Shown piece after piece: positions 9,540 through 19,690 of a stretch of 61,166 nt of DNA (its first letter is position 1; the number at the start of each line of letters is the position of its first letter). The stretch comes from Dehalococcoidia bacterium. GTDB lineage: Bacteria > Chloroflexota > Dehalococcoidia > GIF9 > AB-539-J10. The stretch covers positions 1 through 61,166 of the forward strand of contig WJOY01000039.1 of NCBI GenBank assembly GCA_009619075.1, written 5' to 3'. The notes under the pieces are model-generated. The model had not been told where the DNA came from. It did not search any database and worked only from the letters and a program-made list of their open reading frames with translations. The position numbers were made by a program, and so were the translations under genes.

Positions 9540-10472
9540 ATGCCAATAAAGTTAAAGGAGATATGTAATCAGGAAGATAAAATAGCGTCGGGGCACAGGG
9601 CCTGTCATGGATGTCCAGAAACCATTATCGTTCGACAGGTATTGCACACAATAACTGCAATGGGTAAGCCAGTAATAGCGGCTTGCCCCACCGGCTGTCT
9701 GGAGGTTTGTACTTCCCCTTATCCTCAGACTGCTTGGCGAGTCCCTTGGATTCATAATGCTTTTGAGAACGCTTCCAGCACATTGGCTGCTGCCTGGTCG
9801 ACTTATAAGCATTTTGTCAAGCTAGGCAAGATGGAAGACCGCGACATCAAATTTGTGATCTTTGGGGGAGATGGAGCTACCTATGATATCGGGCTCCAGT
9901 TTATAAGTGGGGTTATAGAGCGAGGCCAGCATATACTTTATGTTTGTCTTAATAACGAGGCTTATATGAATACTGGGATTCAACGCAGCGGGGCAACCCC
10001 CCTCGGTGCTTGGACTACCACCACCCCGGTGGGAAAGGTCTTGCCGGGCAAGACAGAACATCGTAAAGACATTGTTGGTATGTTTGTTGCTAATGGTATT
10101 CCTTACGCTGCTCAGGCAGCACCACATGCCTGGCGTGACCTAATGACTAAGGTTCAGAAAGCAGTTTCAATTGAGGGTCCCTCCTACATCGATGTAATAG
10201 CACCTTGCCCTCGTGGCTGGCGTTTCCCCATGGATCAGACCATCTATATGTCTCGACTTGCCGTTGATACTTGTATGTGGCCGCTTTATGAAGTTGAGAA
10301 TGGTAAATATAGGATAACCACAAGGCCTCTTGAGAAAAAGCCGGTAATAGAATATTTGAAGGCGCAAGGGAGATTTGGGCATTTACTTCTCCCTGAAAAC
10401 AAGCACATAGCTGATGAACTGCAGAGGAAAGTAGACCAGGATTGGGAGGAATTGCAGAGGCGAGCAAAATGA
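9540..10472 (+). CDS. porB: 2-oxoacid:ferredoxin oxidoreductase beta subunit (TPP-binding)
   Basis: 310 aa; GHRACHGCPE, GGDGATYDIG, NNEAYMNTG motifs. Confidence 0.9.
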   Translation: MPIKLKEICNQEDKIASGHRACHGCPETIIVRQVLHTITAMGKPVIAACPTGCLEVCTSPYPQTAWRVPWIHNAFENASSTLAAAWSTYKHFVKLGKMEDRDIKFVIFGGDGATYDIGLQFISGVIERGQHILYVCLNNEAYMNTGIQRSGATPLGAWTTTTPVGKVLPGKTEHRKDIVGMFVANGIPYAAQAAPHAWRDLMTKVQKAVSIEGPSYIDVIAPCPRGWRFPMDQTIYMSRLAVDTCMWPLYEVENGKYRITTRPLEKKPVIEYLKAQGRFGHLLLPENKHIADELQRKVDQDWEELQRRAK

Positions 10473-10527
10473 TATTTAACCCTGAAAGTTTTGGAGCTTG
10501 GAATTTAGGATTTGTGATTTAAGTTAG

Positions 10528-10600
10528 CGGGGTGTGGCGCAGTGGCTAGCGCGCATGGTTTGGGACCATGAGGTCGGAGGTTCGAATCCTCTCACCCCGA
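10528..10600 (+). tRNA. tRNA-Pro(TGG)
   Basis: CGGGGTGTGGCGCAGTGGCTAGCGCGCATGG-TTTGGGA-CCATG...GGTTCGAATCCTCTCACCCCGA. Confidence 0.9.
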
Positions 10601-10642
10601 CTTGGGTCCCCATAAAAATCAAAGATTTTTAATGGATAAGGT

Positions 10643-10717
10643 GCGGGAGTAACTCAGTGGTAGAGTTCCTGCCTTCCAAGCAGGGTGTCGCGGGTCCGAG
10701 TCCCGTCTCCCGCTCCA
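10643..10717 (+). tRNA. tRNA-Gly(TCC), CCA encoded, atypical T-loop (TCCGAGT)
   Basis: GCGGGAGTAACTCAGTGGTAGAGTTCCTGC-CTTCCAA-GCAGG...GCGGGTCCGAGTCCCGTCTCCCGCTCCA. Confidence 0.85.
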
Positions 10718-10722
10718 CAAAT

Positions 10723-10797
10723 GGGCTCGTAGCTCAGCGGCAGAGCGGCCGGCTCATAACCGGTTGGTCGCAGGTTCGAATCCTGCCGAGCCCACCA
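10723..10797 (+). tRNA. tRNA with CAT anticodon (elongator Met, or Ile2 if lysidinylated), CCA encoded
   Basis: GGGCTCGTAGCTCAGCGGCAGAGCGGCCGG-CTCATAA-CCGGT...GGTTCGAATCCTGCCGAGCCCACCA; G1-C72 pair argues against an initiator. Confidence 0.85.
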
Positions 10798-11067
10798 GTT
10801 ATTTTACCCTAGTTTAGAGCCAGAGAACCTATTATGGGCTTTATTCCAGTAAGGCAAAGGAGTCGGGTTAAATTCGCCTTGTTTTGCGCAAAATTCCCTC
10901 AAAAATCACCCGACTAGTCCATTTACACCCATGAGGTTATTTTACCCCCCAAATTTCGCCTCTCACGACCAGTTTTTTCTCCCAATGATTTTCTTTTCAA
11001 GAATCTCTTGTTTCTCCTCGGGGAGGGCTTAGATTGCTTGACATAATACTTCCGTGGGGTGACCTCA

Positions 11068-12006
11068 CTAATCAGGCTCGGCCAAGGGATGATATTTATG
11101 GTGGGTTTCCTCGGCATATTTATCTGAGGCATGGACATACCGGGTGGTGGTATCCAAGGATTCGTGCCCCAGAAGAACCTGAAGAGCTGCTGGATTAGCA
11201 CCTTCCTCAGCTAAATAAGTAGCAAAACCATGCCTCAAGGAGTGTGCTGAGGTAGGGACGTTAATCTTTAATTTCTCTCGATATCTTTTAATCCTTTCCT
11301 GGAGGTAATTGGTGGAGATTCTCTTTCTGGGACTAGTTACGTTCCTGCCAGCATAGGGAATAAACAGGGCAGGGCAATTATCATGGCGTGTGCTCAGGTA
11401 TATATCAAGATGCTGCCTAGCCCGTGGGGTTAGGTAAACAAACCTCTGCTTCCTGCCTTTGCCGGTGATGAAAATACGCCCGCTGCCATCAATCTGGCTG
11501 CGATTCAGGTTGCACAGCTCGGAGATACGCATTCCAGTGGCAAATAATACCTCTAGTATAGCTCGGTTTCTCAAAGCTATCCTGGGATTTGGTTCAAAGG
11601 AGGTTGGCGCTTCAATTAACCTAACTAAATCGTTAAACTCAGCTACCTGAGGATGTTTTTTGCCAGCTTTTGTCAGTTTAACTGCCTCAGGTGGTAGAGG
11701 ACAGGGGTAATCCATGTCAATTAAGTAGCGGAGGTAAGCTCGGAGGGCTGACAACATGCGATTTATGGAGCGTGGGCCAAGCTGCTTATTACCCCCATTG
11801 CTTAGACCCGCTGTCTTTCGATCCCGTGAAGTTAGATATGCTTTGTAATAAGTGATAGCACGCTTGTTTACTTTATCAAACTCGATATTGCTTTCATTTA
11901 GAAAGTGGTCAAAAACTTCCAGATCTCGCTCGTAGTTGTAAACTGTCTCTGGAGAATAATAGTTAGCCTGCAAGTTTAGCAGGAAGTCATCAGCGTGTGG
12001 TAACAT
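11068..12006 (-). CDS. tyrosine-type site-specific recombinase (XerC/XerD-like), apparently intact
   Basis: 312 aa; ATGMRISEL (Arg I), GKGRKQRFV, HSLRHGFAT, LLGH, TTRYVH catalytic signature. Confidence 0.85.
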   Translation of the reverse strand: MLPHADDFLLNLQANYYSPETVYNYERDLEVFDHFLNESNIEFDKVNKRAITYYKAYLTSRDRKTAGLSNGGNKQLGPRSINRMLSALRAYLRYLIDMDYPCPLPPEAVKLTKAGKKHPQVAEFNDLVRLIEAPTSFEPNPRIALRNRAILEVLFATGMRISELCNLNRSQIDGSGRIFITGKGRKQRFVYLTPRARQHLDIYLSTRHDNCPALFIPYAGRNVTSPRKRISTNYLQERIKRYREKLKINVPTSAHSLRHGFATYLAEEGANPAALQVLLGHESLDTTTRYVHASDKYAEETHHKYHPLAEPD

Positions 12007-12184
12007 CTATTTCACCTCTTTGTAACTATCAATTGAGTGTAAGGAATATTATACTCAATCAAGTATACACACAAAATATTCTTCTGTCAAGATAAACTTC
12101 ACTCCCTCGATAAAGTGATATAATCTCAACATCTGATGATTCTAATAATATAGTGTGCTATGGTAATAGTAACAAGGAAATAAG

Positions 12185-13918
12185 GTGCACACTTTGAGAT
12201 TGGGGATAGCTCAGATCAACCCTACTGTTGGTGATTTGAGCGGCAATACAAAGAAAATAATACATTTCATTGGTAAGGCAAAGGCACTCAGCGTTGACTT
12301 GCTGACTTTTCCTGAATTAGCCATAACAGGTTATCCTCCCGAGGATTTGCTGCTCAAGCCACAGTTTATCCAGCGAAACCAAAACTGCCTGGAGGAAATA
12401 ATAAAACACTCTTCAGACATAACAGTGGTAGTAGGTTTTGTTGATAGCAATAACGATATATACAACGCTGCGGCTGTGATTTACGACAAAAAATTGGTGG
12501 ATGTTTACCATAAAAATCATTTGACTAATCATGGCGTATTCGATGAAAATAGATATTTCCAAGCTGGAACTGAGTGCCCTATTTTCATCATTTATGACAT
12601 TGGCGTCGGTATAACCATTAGTGAAGATATGTGGTATGAAGCTGGACCGGCAACAGTACAGGCTTATGCCGGGGCTAAACTTTTGGTCAATATAAGCGCT
12701 TCCCCATATCATGCCGGTAAAGGAGACTTTAGAGAAAGGATGCTAACTACCAGAGCAATTGATAATGCAGCCATTGTTGCTTATAACAATTTAGTTGGTG
12801 GACAAGATGAGTTGGTATTTGATGGCAATAGCCTTATTATCAACGAGAAAGGAGAAGTCATCGCTCGAGGGAAACAGTTCGAAGAAGAGCTAATAGTCAC
12901 AGATTTGAATTTGGAATCAGTATTTCGCTCGCAGCGGCACGAGCCTCAGCGGAGGAAGGAACCCCCCTTAGTTAAAACAGCGCTGGGACAAGCTACCAAG
13001 ATAGAGGTGTCAAGTAAATATCCGATGATTGCCAAACCATGGTTGCCATCAAGGCAAATTGAACCACTAGACAAACTTGCCGAGATATATCAAGCACTTG
13101 TTCTTGGCACCGGAGATTATGTGCGCAAGAATGGTTTCAAGAAGGTAGTTATTGGCCTGTCGGGCGGAGTTGATTCAAGTCTAGTAGCTGCCATAGCAGT
13201 AGATGCTTTGGGAGCTAATAATGTTGTCGGTGTTTCCATGCCCTCGCGCTACTCATCGCTAGGTAGCAAATCAGACGCTGAATTACTGGCAAAGAACCTG
13301 GGAATAGAGCTTAAAATAATCCCTATTGAGAAAGCCTTTAGTTCATATCTGGAAATGTTAGCCGAGCCCTTCAAAAATACCCAACCCGATGTGACTGAGG
13401 AGAACATCCAAGCAAGGATCAGGGGAAACATTCTCTTTGCTTTATCCAATAAGTTTGGCTGGCTGGTGCTTGCTTGCAGCAATAAAAGTGAGGCAGCTAC
13501 AGGCTATACTACACTTTATGGTGATATGGCGGGAGGATTTAGTCCACTCAAGGATGTGCTTAAAACGATGGTTTTTGAATTGGCTAATTATAAGAATCGC
13601 CAGGCGGGGAGCGAGGTAATACCATCCAATGTTTTAACCAAAGCACCATCGGCTGAGCTAGGACCGGACCAAAAAGATACAGATACTCTACCACCATATG
13701 AGTTATTAGATCCTATTTTAAAAGCATATGTAGAAGAAGACTTAGCAATTGAGCAAATCATTGCCATGGGTTTTGACCCTGAGATAGTTGCGAGAACAGT
13801 GCGGTTAGTGGACAAGAACGAATACAAGCGCCGCCAGGCTGCCCCTGGCATAAAGATGACCCCCAGGGACTTTGGTAGAGATAGAAGATTGCCTATTACC
13901 AATCGGTTCAGCGATTAA
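12185..13918 (+). CDS. nadE: glutamine-dependent NAD+ synthetase
   Basis: 577 aa; N-terminal nitrilase/CN-hydrolase domain plus C-terminal GLSGGVDSS PP-loop. Confidence 0.9.
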   Translation: MHTLRLGIAQINPTVGDLSGNTKKIIHFIGKAKALSVDLLTFPELAITGYPPEDLLLKPQFIQRNQNCLEEIIKHSSDITVVVGFVDSNNDIYNAAAVIYDKKLVDVYHKNHLTNHGVFDENRYFQAGTECPIFIIYDIGVGITISEDMWYEAGPATVQAYAGAKLLVNISASPYHAGKGDFRERMLTTRAIDNAAIVAYNNLVGGQDELVFDGNSLIINEKGEVIARGKQFEEELIVTDLNLESVFRSQRHEPQRRKEPPLVKTALGQATKIEVSSKYPMIAKPWLPSRQIEPLDKLAEIYQALVLGTGDYVRKNGFKKVVIGLSGGVDSSLVAAIAVDALGANNVVGVSMPSRYSSLGSKSDAELLAKNLGIELKIIPIEKAFSSYLEMLAEPFKNTQPDVTEENIQARIRGNILFALSNKFGWLVLACSNKSEAATGYTTLYGDMAGGFSPLKDVLKTMVFELANYKNRQAGSEVIPSNVLTKAPSAELGPDQKDTDTLPPYELLDPILKAYVEEDLAIEQIIAMGFDPEIVARTVRLVDKNEYKRRQAAPGIKMTPRDFGRDRRLPITNRFSD

Positions 13919-13944
13919 ACAGTTTATAAGTTAAGGGAGGTGCA

Positions 13945-14169
13945 ATGCGAAAGATAGGTGGTATCTTGCTGGGAGTTGGCTTGGGAATTTTAGCGGGCTG
14001 GGGACTCTACCAGTTATTCGGCCGAGCTTTCCCGTCTTGGCCTTTACCGGTCAAGATTGCCGTCGCTGCTATAGCTATAGGGCTTATTATTCTCCTGGTA
14101 TCGCTAGGTCGGGAAAGATATCGGGCATCAAAGGAGGAAAGAGGGAAATTCAAGGAGGTAGAAAAATGA
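13945..14169 (+). CDS. small membrane protein, unknown function
   Basis: 74 aa, two hydrophobic helices, GGGAGG RBS upstream, stop overlaps next start (ATGA). Confidence 0.5.
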   Translation: MRKIGGILLGVGLGILAGWGLYQLFGRAFPSWPLPVKIAVAAIAIGLIILLVSLGRERYRASKEERGKFKEVEK

Positions 14170-14480
14170 TTGTGGTTACTACAGAACAGATAGAGGGTAA
14201 AAGAATAACAGAAACTCTGGGTCTGGTTAGAGGCAGCACTATCAGAGCCAGACATGTAGGGCGTGATATCATGGCCAGCTTACGAAACATCGTCGGTGGC
14301 GAAGTCAAAGAGTATACTGTAATGCTGGCGCAAGCTCGAGAGGAAGCACTACAGAGAATGATTGAGCAAGCTGAGAAGATGGGAGCCAACGCCATTGTAG
14401 GCACCAGGTTCGTAACTTCAATGGTAATGTCCGGGGCTGCTGAAATGGTAGCTTATGGGACAGCGGTAAAAGTAACCTGA
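14166..14480 (+). CDS. YbjQ/UPF0145 family protein
   Basis: Internal start of ORF 14037..14480; MIVVTTEQIEGKRITETLGLVRGSTIRARHVGRDIMA matches the YbjQ family pattern. Confidence 0.8.
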   Translation: MIVVTTEQIEGKRITETLGLVRGSTIRARHVGRDIMASLRNIVGGEVKEYTVMLAQAREEALQRMIEQAEKMGANAIVGTRFVTSMVMSGAAEMVAYGTAVKVT

Positions 14481-14503
14481 GAGTTACTGCTAGCAGTTTT
14501 AGT

Positions 14504-14755
14504 CTAGCCTTTTAGCCTGGTATTGCTTGTTATGTTGATTTGTATGGTTTGACCGCATTTGGGGCAGGTGACTTCCATAGTCAGAGGTCTTTCCATCACC
14601 CTTTCCACAAGAGATGTAATTACTGAGTCCATGTTATCCAGCCTTCCATCGAGCATATCGAGGCGTCTGCTTACTTGCTCTATGGCCAGCTCAAGGTTAA
14701 CTTCAGCAAGCGGGTCACTTTTGTCCCTTAAAGCCAATTTATAAACTCCTCTCAA
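14504..14755 (-). CDS. hypothetical protein (single CPKCG half zinc-ribbon at C-terminus)
   Basis: 83-aa ORF co-oriented and overlapping with the upstream ORF; no family recognised. Confidence 0.4.
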   Translation of the reverse strand: MRGVYKLALRDKSDPLAEVNLELAIEQVSRRLDMLDGRLDNMDSVITSLVERVMERPLTMEVTCPKCGQTIQINITSNTRLKG

Positions 14756-15059
14756 CTACGCCCAGAGACTCCAGTTCAGCCTTATCTTGTTGTATTAGCT
14801 TATCTATTTCACTAGAGACGGTGTGCTCCAAATACTTTCGAAAAGCTTCCCTTGCTGCCGGTGATGACCGCACTGCCTCCTTAGCTTTCTGCCATTCATC
14901 ACTGATCACCTCGCTAATTTGCTCAGGACTTATAGGCTCTCTCCCCTGCCATATGCTCTCAATTCTATTCAAGGCTCTGGTTGTTATAGCTCTCTTCAAG
15001 CGATCAAAAGAAAGTACCTCCTCCCAACTATATGCTTGTTCTGCTTTTCTCTCCACCAT
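14739..15059 (-). CDS. hypothetical protein
   Basis: 106-aa ORF, helical/charged; no family recognised. Confidence 0.4.
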   Translation of the reverse strand: MVERKAEQAYSWEEVLSFDRLKRAITTRALNRIESIWQGREPISPEQISEVISDEWQKAKEAVRSSPAAREAFRKYLEHTVSSEIDKLIQQDKAELESLGVVERSL

Positions 15060-15200
15060 GACTTATTACCTCCAATCAGCTTTGCTTGATATTACTATCA
15101 TAGGTTTAACCACATGACCTGTCAAGATATACTTGGCTAATATGTATTGATTTATAATCACAAGTAGTATACATTATTTAGAGGAAGGAGGTATTTTAAC

Positions 15201-15455
15201 ATGCCAGAAGTAGTAATTGGCCAGGTGACCGATTTTTTTGCCAGGCCGGTGGTAGCTGGTGTGGAGCTAAGCGGTACATTAAAGATAGGTGACAAAATCC
15301 ACATCAAGGGCGCCACTACAGATATGGAACTTGCTGTAGAATCCATGCAAATCGATCGCGTTGACATCACCGAGGGCAAGCTTGGCGACCTTATCGGCAT
15401 AAAGGTTCCTGAAAGGGTAAGGCGGGGAGACATAGTTTATAAGGTCACGGAATAG
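15201..15455 (+). CDS. small EF-Tu domain-2-like beta-barrel protein
   Basis: 84 aa behind GGAAGGAGG RBS; [13 protein letters not shown]...GDLIGIKV...RGDIVYK resembles translation-factor domain II. Confidence 0.6.
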   Translation: MPEVVIGQVTDFFARPVVAGVELSGTLKIGDKIHIKGATTDMELAVESMQIDRVDITEGKLGDLIGIKVPERVRRGDIVYKVTE

Positions 15456-15936
15456 ATTGCTTCGTTTCACTCGCAATGACACGGAGCAGATTTGCCATTT
15501 CAATAGCGCTCACCGCGGCAAGAAAGCCCTTGTTACCCTCTTTAGCTCCAGCTCTCTGAACAGCTTGTTCCAGAGTATCAGCAGTAATAATGCCCTGTAT
15601 TATTGGCAATCCGGTGTCCAGGCTTATTCTACCGATTCCTCTGTGTACCTCGGAAGCTATATATCCGAAATGCGGTGTGCCACCGCGAATCACGGCACCG
15701 AGGCATATCACAGCGTTATATTTACCACTTTGCGCTAGCCTCTTAGCTATCAGTGGAATTTCAAAACAGCCTGGTGTCCAGGTAACGTCAATATCCTTCT
15801 CATCAACGCCATGGCGTAACAAAGCATCTCTCGCTCCTTCGAGCAACCTATTGGTTATCAACTCGTTAAATCGGGAAACAACTACAGCAAATTTAAGACC
15901 CTTCCCTACTAACATCCCTTCGTAGTGCTTAGCCAT
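15445..15936 (-). CDS. ribH: 6,7-dimethyl-8-ribityllumazine synthase
   Basis: 163 aa; [13 protein letters not shown] and GTPHFGYIA motifs; C-terminal tail [11 protein letters not shown] is repeat-encoded. Confidence 0.9.
   Translation of the reverse strand: MAKHYEGMLVGKGLKFAVVVSRFNELITNRLLEGARDALLRHGVDEKDIDVTWTPGCFEIPLIAKRLAQSGKYNAVICLGAVIRGGTPHFGYIASEVHRGIGRISLDTGLPIIQGIITADTLEQAVQRAGAKEGNKGFLAAVSAIEMANLLRVIASETKQSIP
15455..15480 (-). repeat. hairpin-repeat unit (ATTGC/GCAAT variant) forming the ribH 3' end
   Basis: Minus strand reads GTCATTGCGAGTGAAACGAAGCAATC. Confidence 0.8.
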
Positions 15937-17144
15937 TAGTTAACCTCCTCTACACCTAAAAGGTGTCCTAGCTTTTTTTGCTTGGTTTCCAGATAGTGAA
16001 TATTATAAGGGTTGGGTGGAGCTATTAGTGGCACAGTCTCCACTATCTTAAGTCCAAAGCTCTCCAGTCCAACTACCTTTTTAGGGTTGTTGGTAAGTAA
16101 TCGAATATTATGTAAACCTAAATCAGCCAAAATCTGAGCCCCAACTCCATAATCTCTCAAATCAGGTGGAAAGCCTAAAGCGACGTTAGCTTCTACAGTA
16201 TCCATTCCTTGATCTTGCAGAGCGTAGGCGCGGAGCTTATTATGGAGTCCGATTCCCCTTCCCTCTTGTCGCATATAAAGAAAAACTCCTCTGCCTTCTT
16301 CAGCTATGCTTCGCATCGCCAGCCTGACTTGATCACTGCAATCACATCTCAAACTGCCAAAGACGTCTCCGGTGAGGCATTCACTATGGACACGTACTAA
16401 AACTGGGCCACCACCTGATATGTCGCCTTTAACCAAGACAACATGTTCAGCGGCATCAACATTGCTTCTGTAAGCCAGGGCTATAAATTCGCCGAACCTG
16501 GTAGGCAGCTTAGCCTCAGCTACTTTTTGTACTAACTTTTCATGACGAAGGCGGTAAGTAATCAAATCGGCAATAGTCATAATCTTCAAATCATACTTAG
16601 AGGCCATGATCTCGAGCTCAGGCAAATGTGCCATAGTACCATCTTCATTCATAATCTCACATATGACGCCAGCGGGGTAAAGTCCGGCCAACCTAGCTAA
16701 ATCAACAATAGCTTCAGTATGACCTGCTCGCACTAGCACTCCTCCATCCCTGGCTCGAATGGGAAATACATGTCCCGGGCGGACTAAATCATCTGGCTTA
16801 CTATTAGGATCGAGCACTGTTTTTATGGTTTGGGCTCGATCGGAAGCAGAAATCCCAGTAGTTATTTTGTTCTTTGCTTCAATAGATACTGTGAACGCGG
16901 TGCAGTTTTTTGAAGTATTATCCTGAACCATTAGCGGTATTCCCAATTCATCAAGTCTCTGCTTGGTGATAGGAAAGCAAATTAAGCCTCGAGCCTCCTT
17001 GGCCATAAAATTTATAGCCTCGGGAGTAACTTTCTCTGCTGCTATCGCCAGGTCACCTTCATTTTCGCGGTTCTCATCATCAATGATGACGACAAAATTG
17101 CCTGCTCTTATATCTTCAAGCGCCTCTAGTATAGTAGCTAACAT
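15936..17144 (-). CDS. ribBA: bifunctional 3,4-dihydroxy-2-butanone-4-phosphate synthase / GTP cyclohydrolase II
   Basis: 402 aa; [29 protein letters not shown] motifs. Confidence 0.95.
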   Translation of the reverse strand: MLATILEALEDIRAGNFVVIIDDENRENEGDLAIAAEKVTPEAINFMAKEARGLICFPITKQRLDELGIPLMVQDNTSKNCTAFTVSIEAKNKITTGISASDRAQTIKTVLDPNSKPDDLVRPGHVFPIRARDGGVLVRAGHTEAIVDLARLAGLYPAGVICEIMNEDGTMAHLPELEIMASKYDLKIMTIADLITYRLRHEKLVQKVAEAKLPTRFGEFIALAYRSNVDAAEHVVLVKGDISGGGPVLVRVHSECLTGDVFGSLRCDCSDQVRLAMRSIAEEGRGVFLYMRQEGRGIGLHNKLRAYALQDQGMDTVEANVALGFPPDLRDYGVGAQILADLGLHNIRLLTNNPKKVVGLESFGLKIVETVPLIAPPNPYNIHYLETKQKKLGHLLGVEEVN

Positions 17145-17166
17145 TATTTGAGTTCCTTCGCTTCAC

Positions 17167-17805
17167 TCAGGACAAGCCTTTTCTCGCGAATCCATATTCC
17201 TCCAGAAAGTCAAGGGTTAGATTCTGGCCGCTTTGTTCCTTCAGCCGTTCTACATATTTAGCTATGATATCCGCCTCTAAATTAACCTTATCTCCAGGTC
17301 TCTTATTACCCAAAGTGGTGTGTTCCGTGGTATAGGCTACTAGAGATATAGTAAAGGAAAAGTCATCAAGGCCAGCAATGGTAAGGCTAACGCCATCGAC
17401 AGCGATGAATCCCTTACTAGCTATATAAGGCATTAGTTTGGCCGGAGCTGAAATCCTCATAATACGCGCCGCTTCCTCGGGAGTTATCGAAATTACTTCC
17501 CCTATGTCATCAACATGACCCAATACTAAATGACCACCAAGCCGTCCACCTACTACAAGTGCTCTTTCCAAATTTACTTGGTCGCCATAATGAAGTTCGC
17601 CAAGATTAGTGCGACGCAATGTCTCTGGCATGACATCAACGTTGAAGGCATTACTGCTTAAAGAGGTGACTGTCAGACAGACGCCATTAACAGCTATGCT
17701 GTCGCTTATTCTCATCCCTTCAAGCACCCCTTTGACTCCAATGAGTAAACGGTGTGGATTCACTTCCCTGACTATGCCAATTTCCTCAACTATTCCGGTA
17801 AACAT
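17167..17805 (-). CDS. ribE: riboflavin synthase alpha chain
   Basis: 212 aa starting MFTGIVEEIG; internal duplication typical of RibE. Confidence 0.9.
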   Translation of the reverse strand: MFTGIVEEIGIVREVNPHRLLIGVKGVLEGMRISDSIAVNGVCLTVTSLSSNAFNVDVMPETLRRTNLGELHYGDQVNLERALVVGGRLGGHLVLGHVDDIGEVISITPEEAARIMRISAPAKLMPYIASKGFIAVDGVSLTIAGLDDFSFTISLVAYTTEHTTLGNKRPGDKVNLEADIIAKYVERLKEQSGQNLTLDFLEEYGFARKGLS

Positions 17806-17824
17806 ACTGCTGCTCTATAAAAAT

Positions 17825-18946
17825 TTACGATTTTTTCCGTGGTTCCCTTTTCACACACCCGCTGACTAGTATGTTATCGCCGAAGTTCTTAATATTAACC
17901 CGCTCAAGGCATAAAGCTTCAACCACACTACCAACTCCATCCCCACCTACTGCAGTCTTAGCCTCATTACCACCAATGATAATCGGCGAAATGAAAGCTA
18001 GCACTTTATCCACTAGCCTGTGGTCAAAGAGAGAGCCCAGGAGCTTGCCTCCTCCTTCTACTAAAACAGTGACTATGCCTCGTCTTCCCAGCACTTTGAA
18101 TAATTCTTCCAAATCTACTAGTCCTCCCACCCCTGGTAATTCCAGCACCACCACTCCAATTTGGGCCAGTCTTCTTTTCTTTTCCCTATCAAAAGGTTTA
18201 ACTGTGGCAAGTAAAGTCTTTCCTGGTTGCTTAAAAAGCTGAGCATCCAATGGTGTTCTTCCGTTGCTATCAACAATTAGACGCAGTGGTTGCTTTTTTG
18301 TCTCACCACCTTTGCCACAACAACCTCTAGCAGTAAGCCTGGGGTTATCAATGATGACAGTGTTCACCCCCACCATTATAACGTCGGCAATATGACGCAA
18401 AGTATGTATATGATTCCTTGCCGCCTCATTACTTATCCACTTAGAGTGACCGGTTTTAGTAGCGATCTTGCCATCAAGACTCATAGCAAACTTAGCGATA
18501 ACAAATGGCAAGCCTGTAGTAATAAACTTAATGTAAGCCTCATTTATTTCGTAAGCTTCCTCTTGGTACATGCCGACGTAAGTTTTAATGCCGGCTTCTT
18601 CTAGCTCTCTAACACCGCGCCCTGAAACCAGCGGATTAGGGTCCAGCAATGCTATTTGGACTTCAGAAATGCCAGCATTGATTATGGCTTGAGTGCAGGG
18701 TGGAGTGCGTCCATAATGACAGCAAGGCTCCAAAGTAACATACATAATGGCCCCTTTTGCCTTATCACCGGCTTGGCGAAGTGCTATCACTTCGGCATGG
18801 TCTGAGCCAGCGGGCTGTGTATATCCCCGACCCACAACGACCCCTTCTTTGACAACCACAGCTCCCACTGCCGGATTGGGGCTGGTATGTCCCAGAGCTA
18901 ATCTAGCTAAAGATAGAGCGCGCTCTATGTATTCTGCAGATAACAT
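17825..18946 (-). CDS. ribD: bifunctional diaminohydroxyphosphoribosylaminopyrimidine deaminase / 5-amino-6-(5-phosphoribosylamino)uracil reductase
   Basis: 373 aa; HAEVIAL and TLEPCCHYGRTPPC deaminase zinc motifs. Confidence 0.9.
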   Translation of the reverse strand: MLSAEYIERALSLARLALGHTSPNPAVGAVVVKEGVVVGRGYTQPAGSDHAEVIALRQAGDKAKGAIMYVTLEPCCHYGRTPPCTQAIINAGISEVQIALLDPNPLVSGRGVRELEEAGIKTYVGMYQEEAYEINEAYIKFITTGLPFVIAKFAMSLDGKIATKTGHSKWISNEAARNHIHTLRHIADVIMVGVNTVIIDNPRLTARGCCGKGGETKKQPLRLIVDSNGRTPLDAQLFKQPGKTLLATVKPFDREKKRRLAQIGVVVLELPGVGGLVDLEELFKVLGRRGIVTVLVEGGGKLLGSLFDHRLVDKVLAFISPIIIGGNEAKTAVGGDGVGSVVEALCLERVNIKNFGDNILVSGCVKREPRKKS

Positions 18947-18953
18947 TAGCTAT

Positions 18954-19529
18954 TTAGCGCTCCTTGGTAAAATCCTTATAATATCTAGTGGCGGTGGGGC
19001 CACTTTGCCCCTGATATTTACTTCCTAAACTAGGTGAACCATAAACCCTTTCTACCGAGGAAGTCAAGCGAAGGAAAGAAATTTGTCCAATCGGCATCTT
19101 ATAATAAAGGGTTACTGGCAACTTGGCTACATTGGATAACTCCAGTGTAAGATGTCCATGCCAGCCTGGATCAACATAACCAGCAGTAGAATGGATTAAA
19201 AGCCCTATCCTGCCCAGGGAACTCTTGCCCTCAAGCCGAGCCACAATATCGTCAGGCAAAGTAATCGATTCCAGTGTGCTAGCTAAAACGAATTCCCCAG
19301 CATTTAACAGAAATGGCTTAGTTTCATCGATCTCCACTGGCTCAGATAAGTCATCTATATTCTGCTTGACATCAATATAAAAGGGATGGCGCCAGGTCTT
19401 AAATACAAGAAGCTTATTATCTAAATGAATGTCAACGCTCGCTGGTTGAATACAGGTAAGGTCGAGAGGCTCAATAACTATCCTGCCCTTAGCAATCTCC
19501 TCTTTGATTGTACGATCGCTAAGCACCAT
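18954..19529 (-). CDS. dcd: dCTP deaminase
   Basis: ORF 18954..19610 trimmed to MVLSDRTIKEEI (M28), because the upstream part runs into repeat DNA. Confidence 0.8.
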   Translation of the reverse strand: MVLSDRTIKEEIAKGRIVIEPLDLTCIQPASVDIHLDNKLLVFKTWRHPFYIDVKQNIDDLSEPVEIDETKPFLLNAGEFVLASTLESITLPDDIVARLEGKSSLGRIGLLIHSTAGYVDPGWHGHLTLELSNVAKLPVTLYYKMPIGQISFLRLTSSVERVYGSPSLGSKYQGQSGPTATRYYKDFTKER

Positions 19530-19606
19530 GTCTTTGGCATTGTAGCATTTAGCCTCGACAAAGTGCAAAAACGGGCTTTGTGGATTGTCCAGCGCCCTCG
19601 TTCTTG

Positions 19607-19690
19607 CCATTCTGAGCCCACTATGTCATTGCGAGCCCCTCGCTCCCTATCATTCTGAACGGAGTGAAGAACCCAGGCGAAGATTTTCTT
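19607..19690 (+). repeat. cluster of three hairpin-repeat heads
   Basis: CCATTCTGAGCCC / GTCATTGCGAGCCCCTCGCTCCCT / ATCATTCTGAACGGAGTGAAGAAC. Confidence 0.8.
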
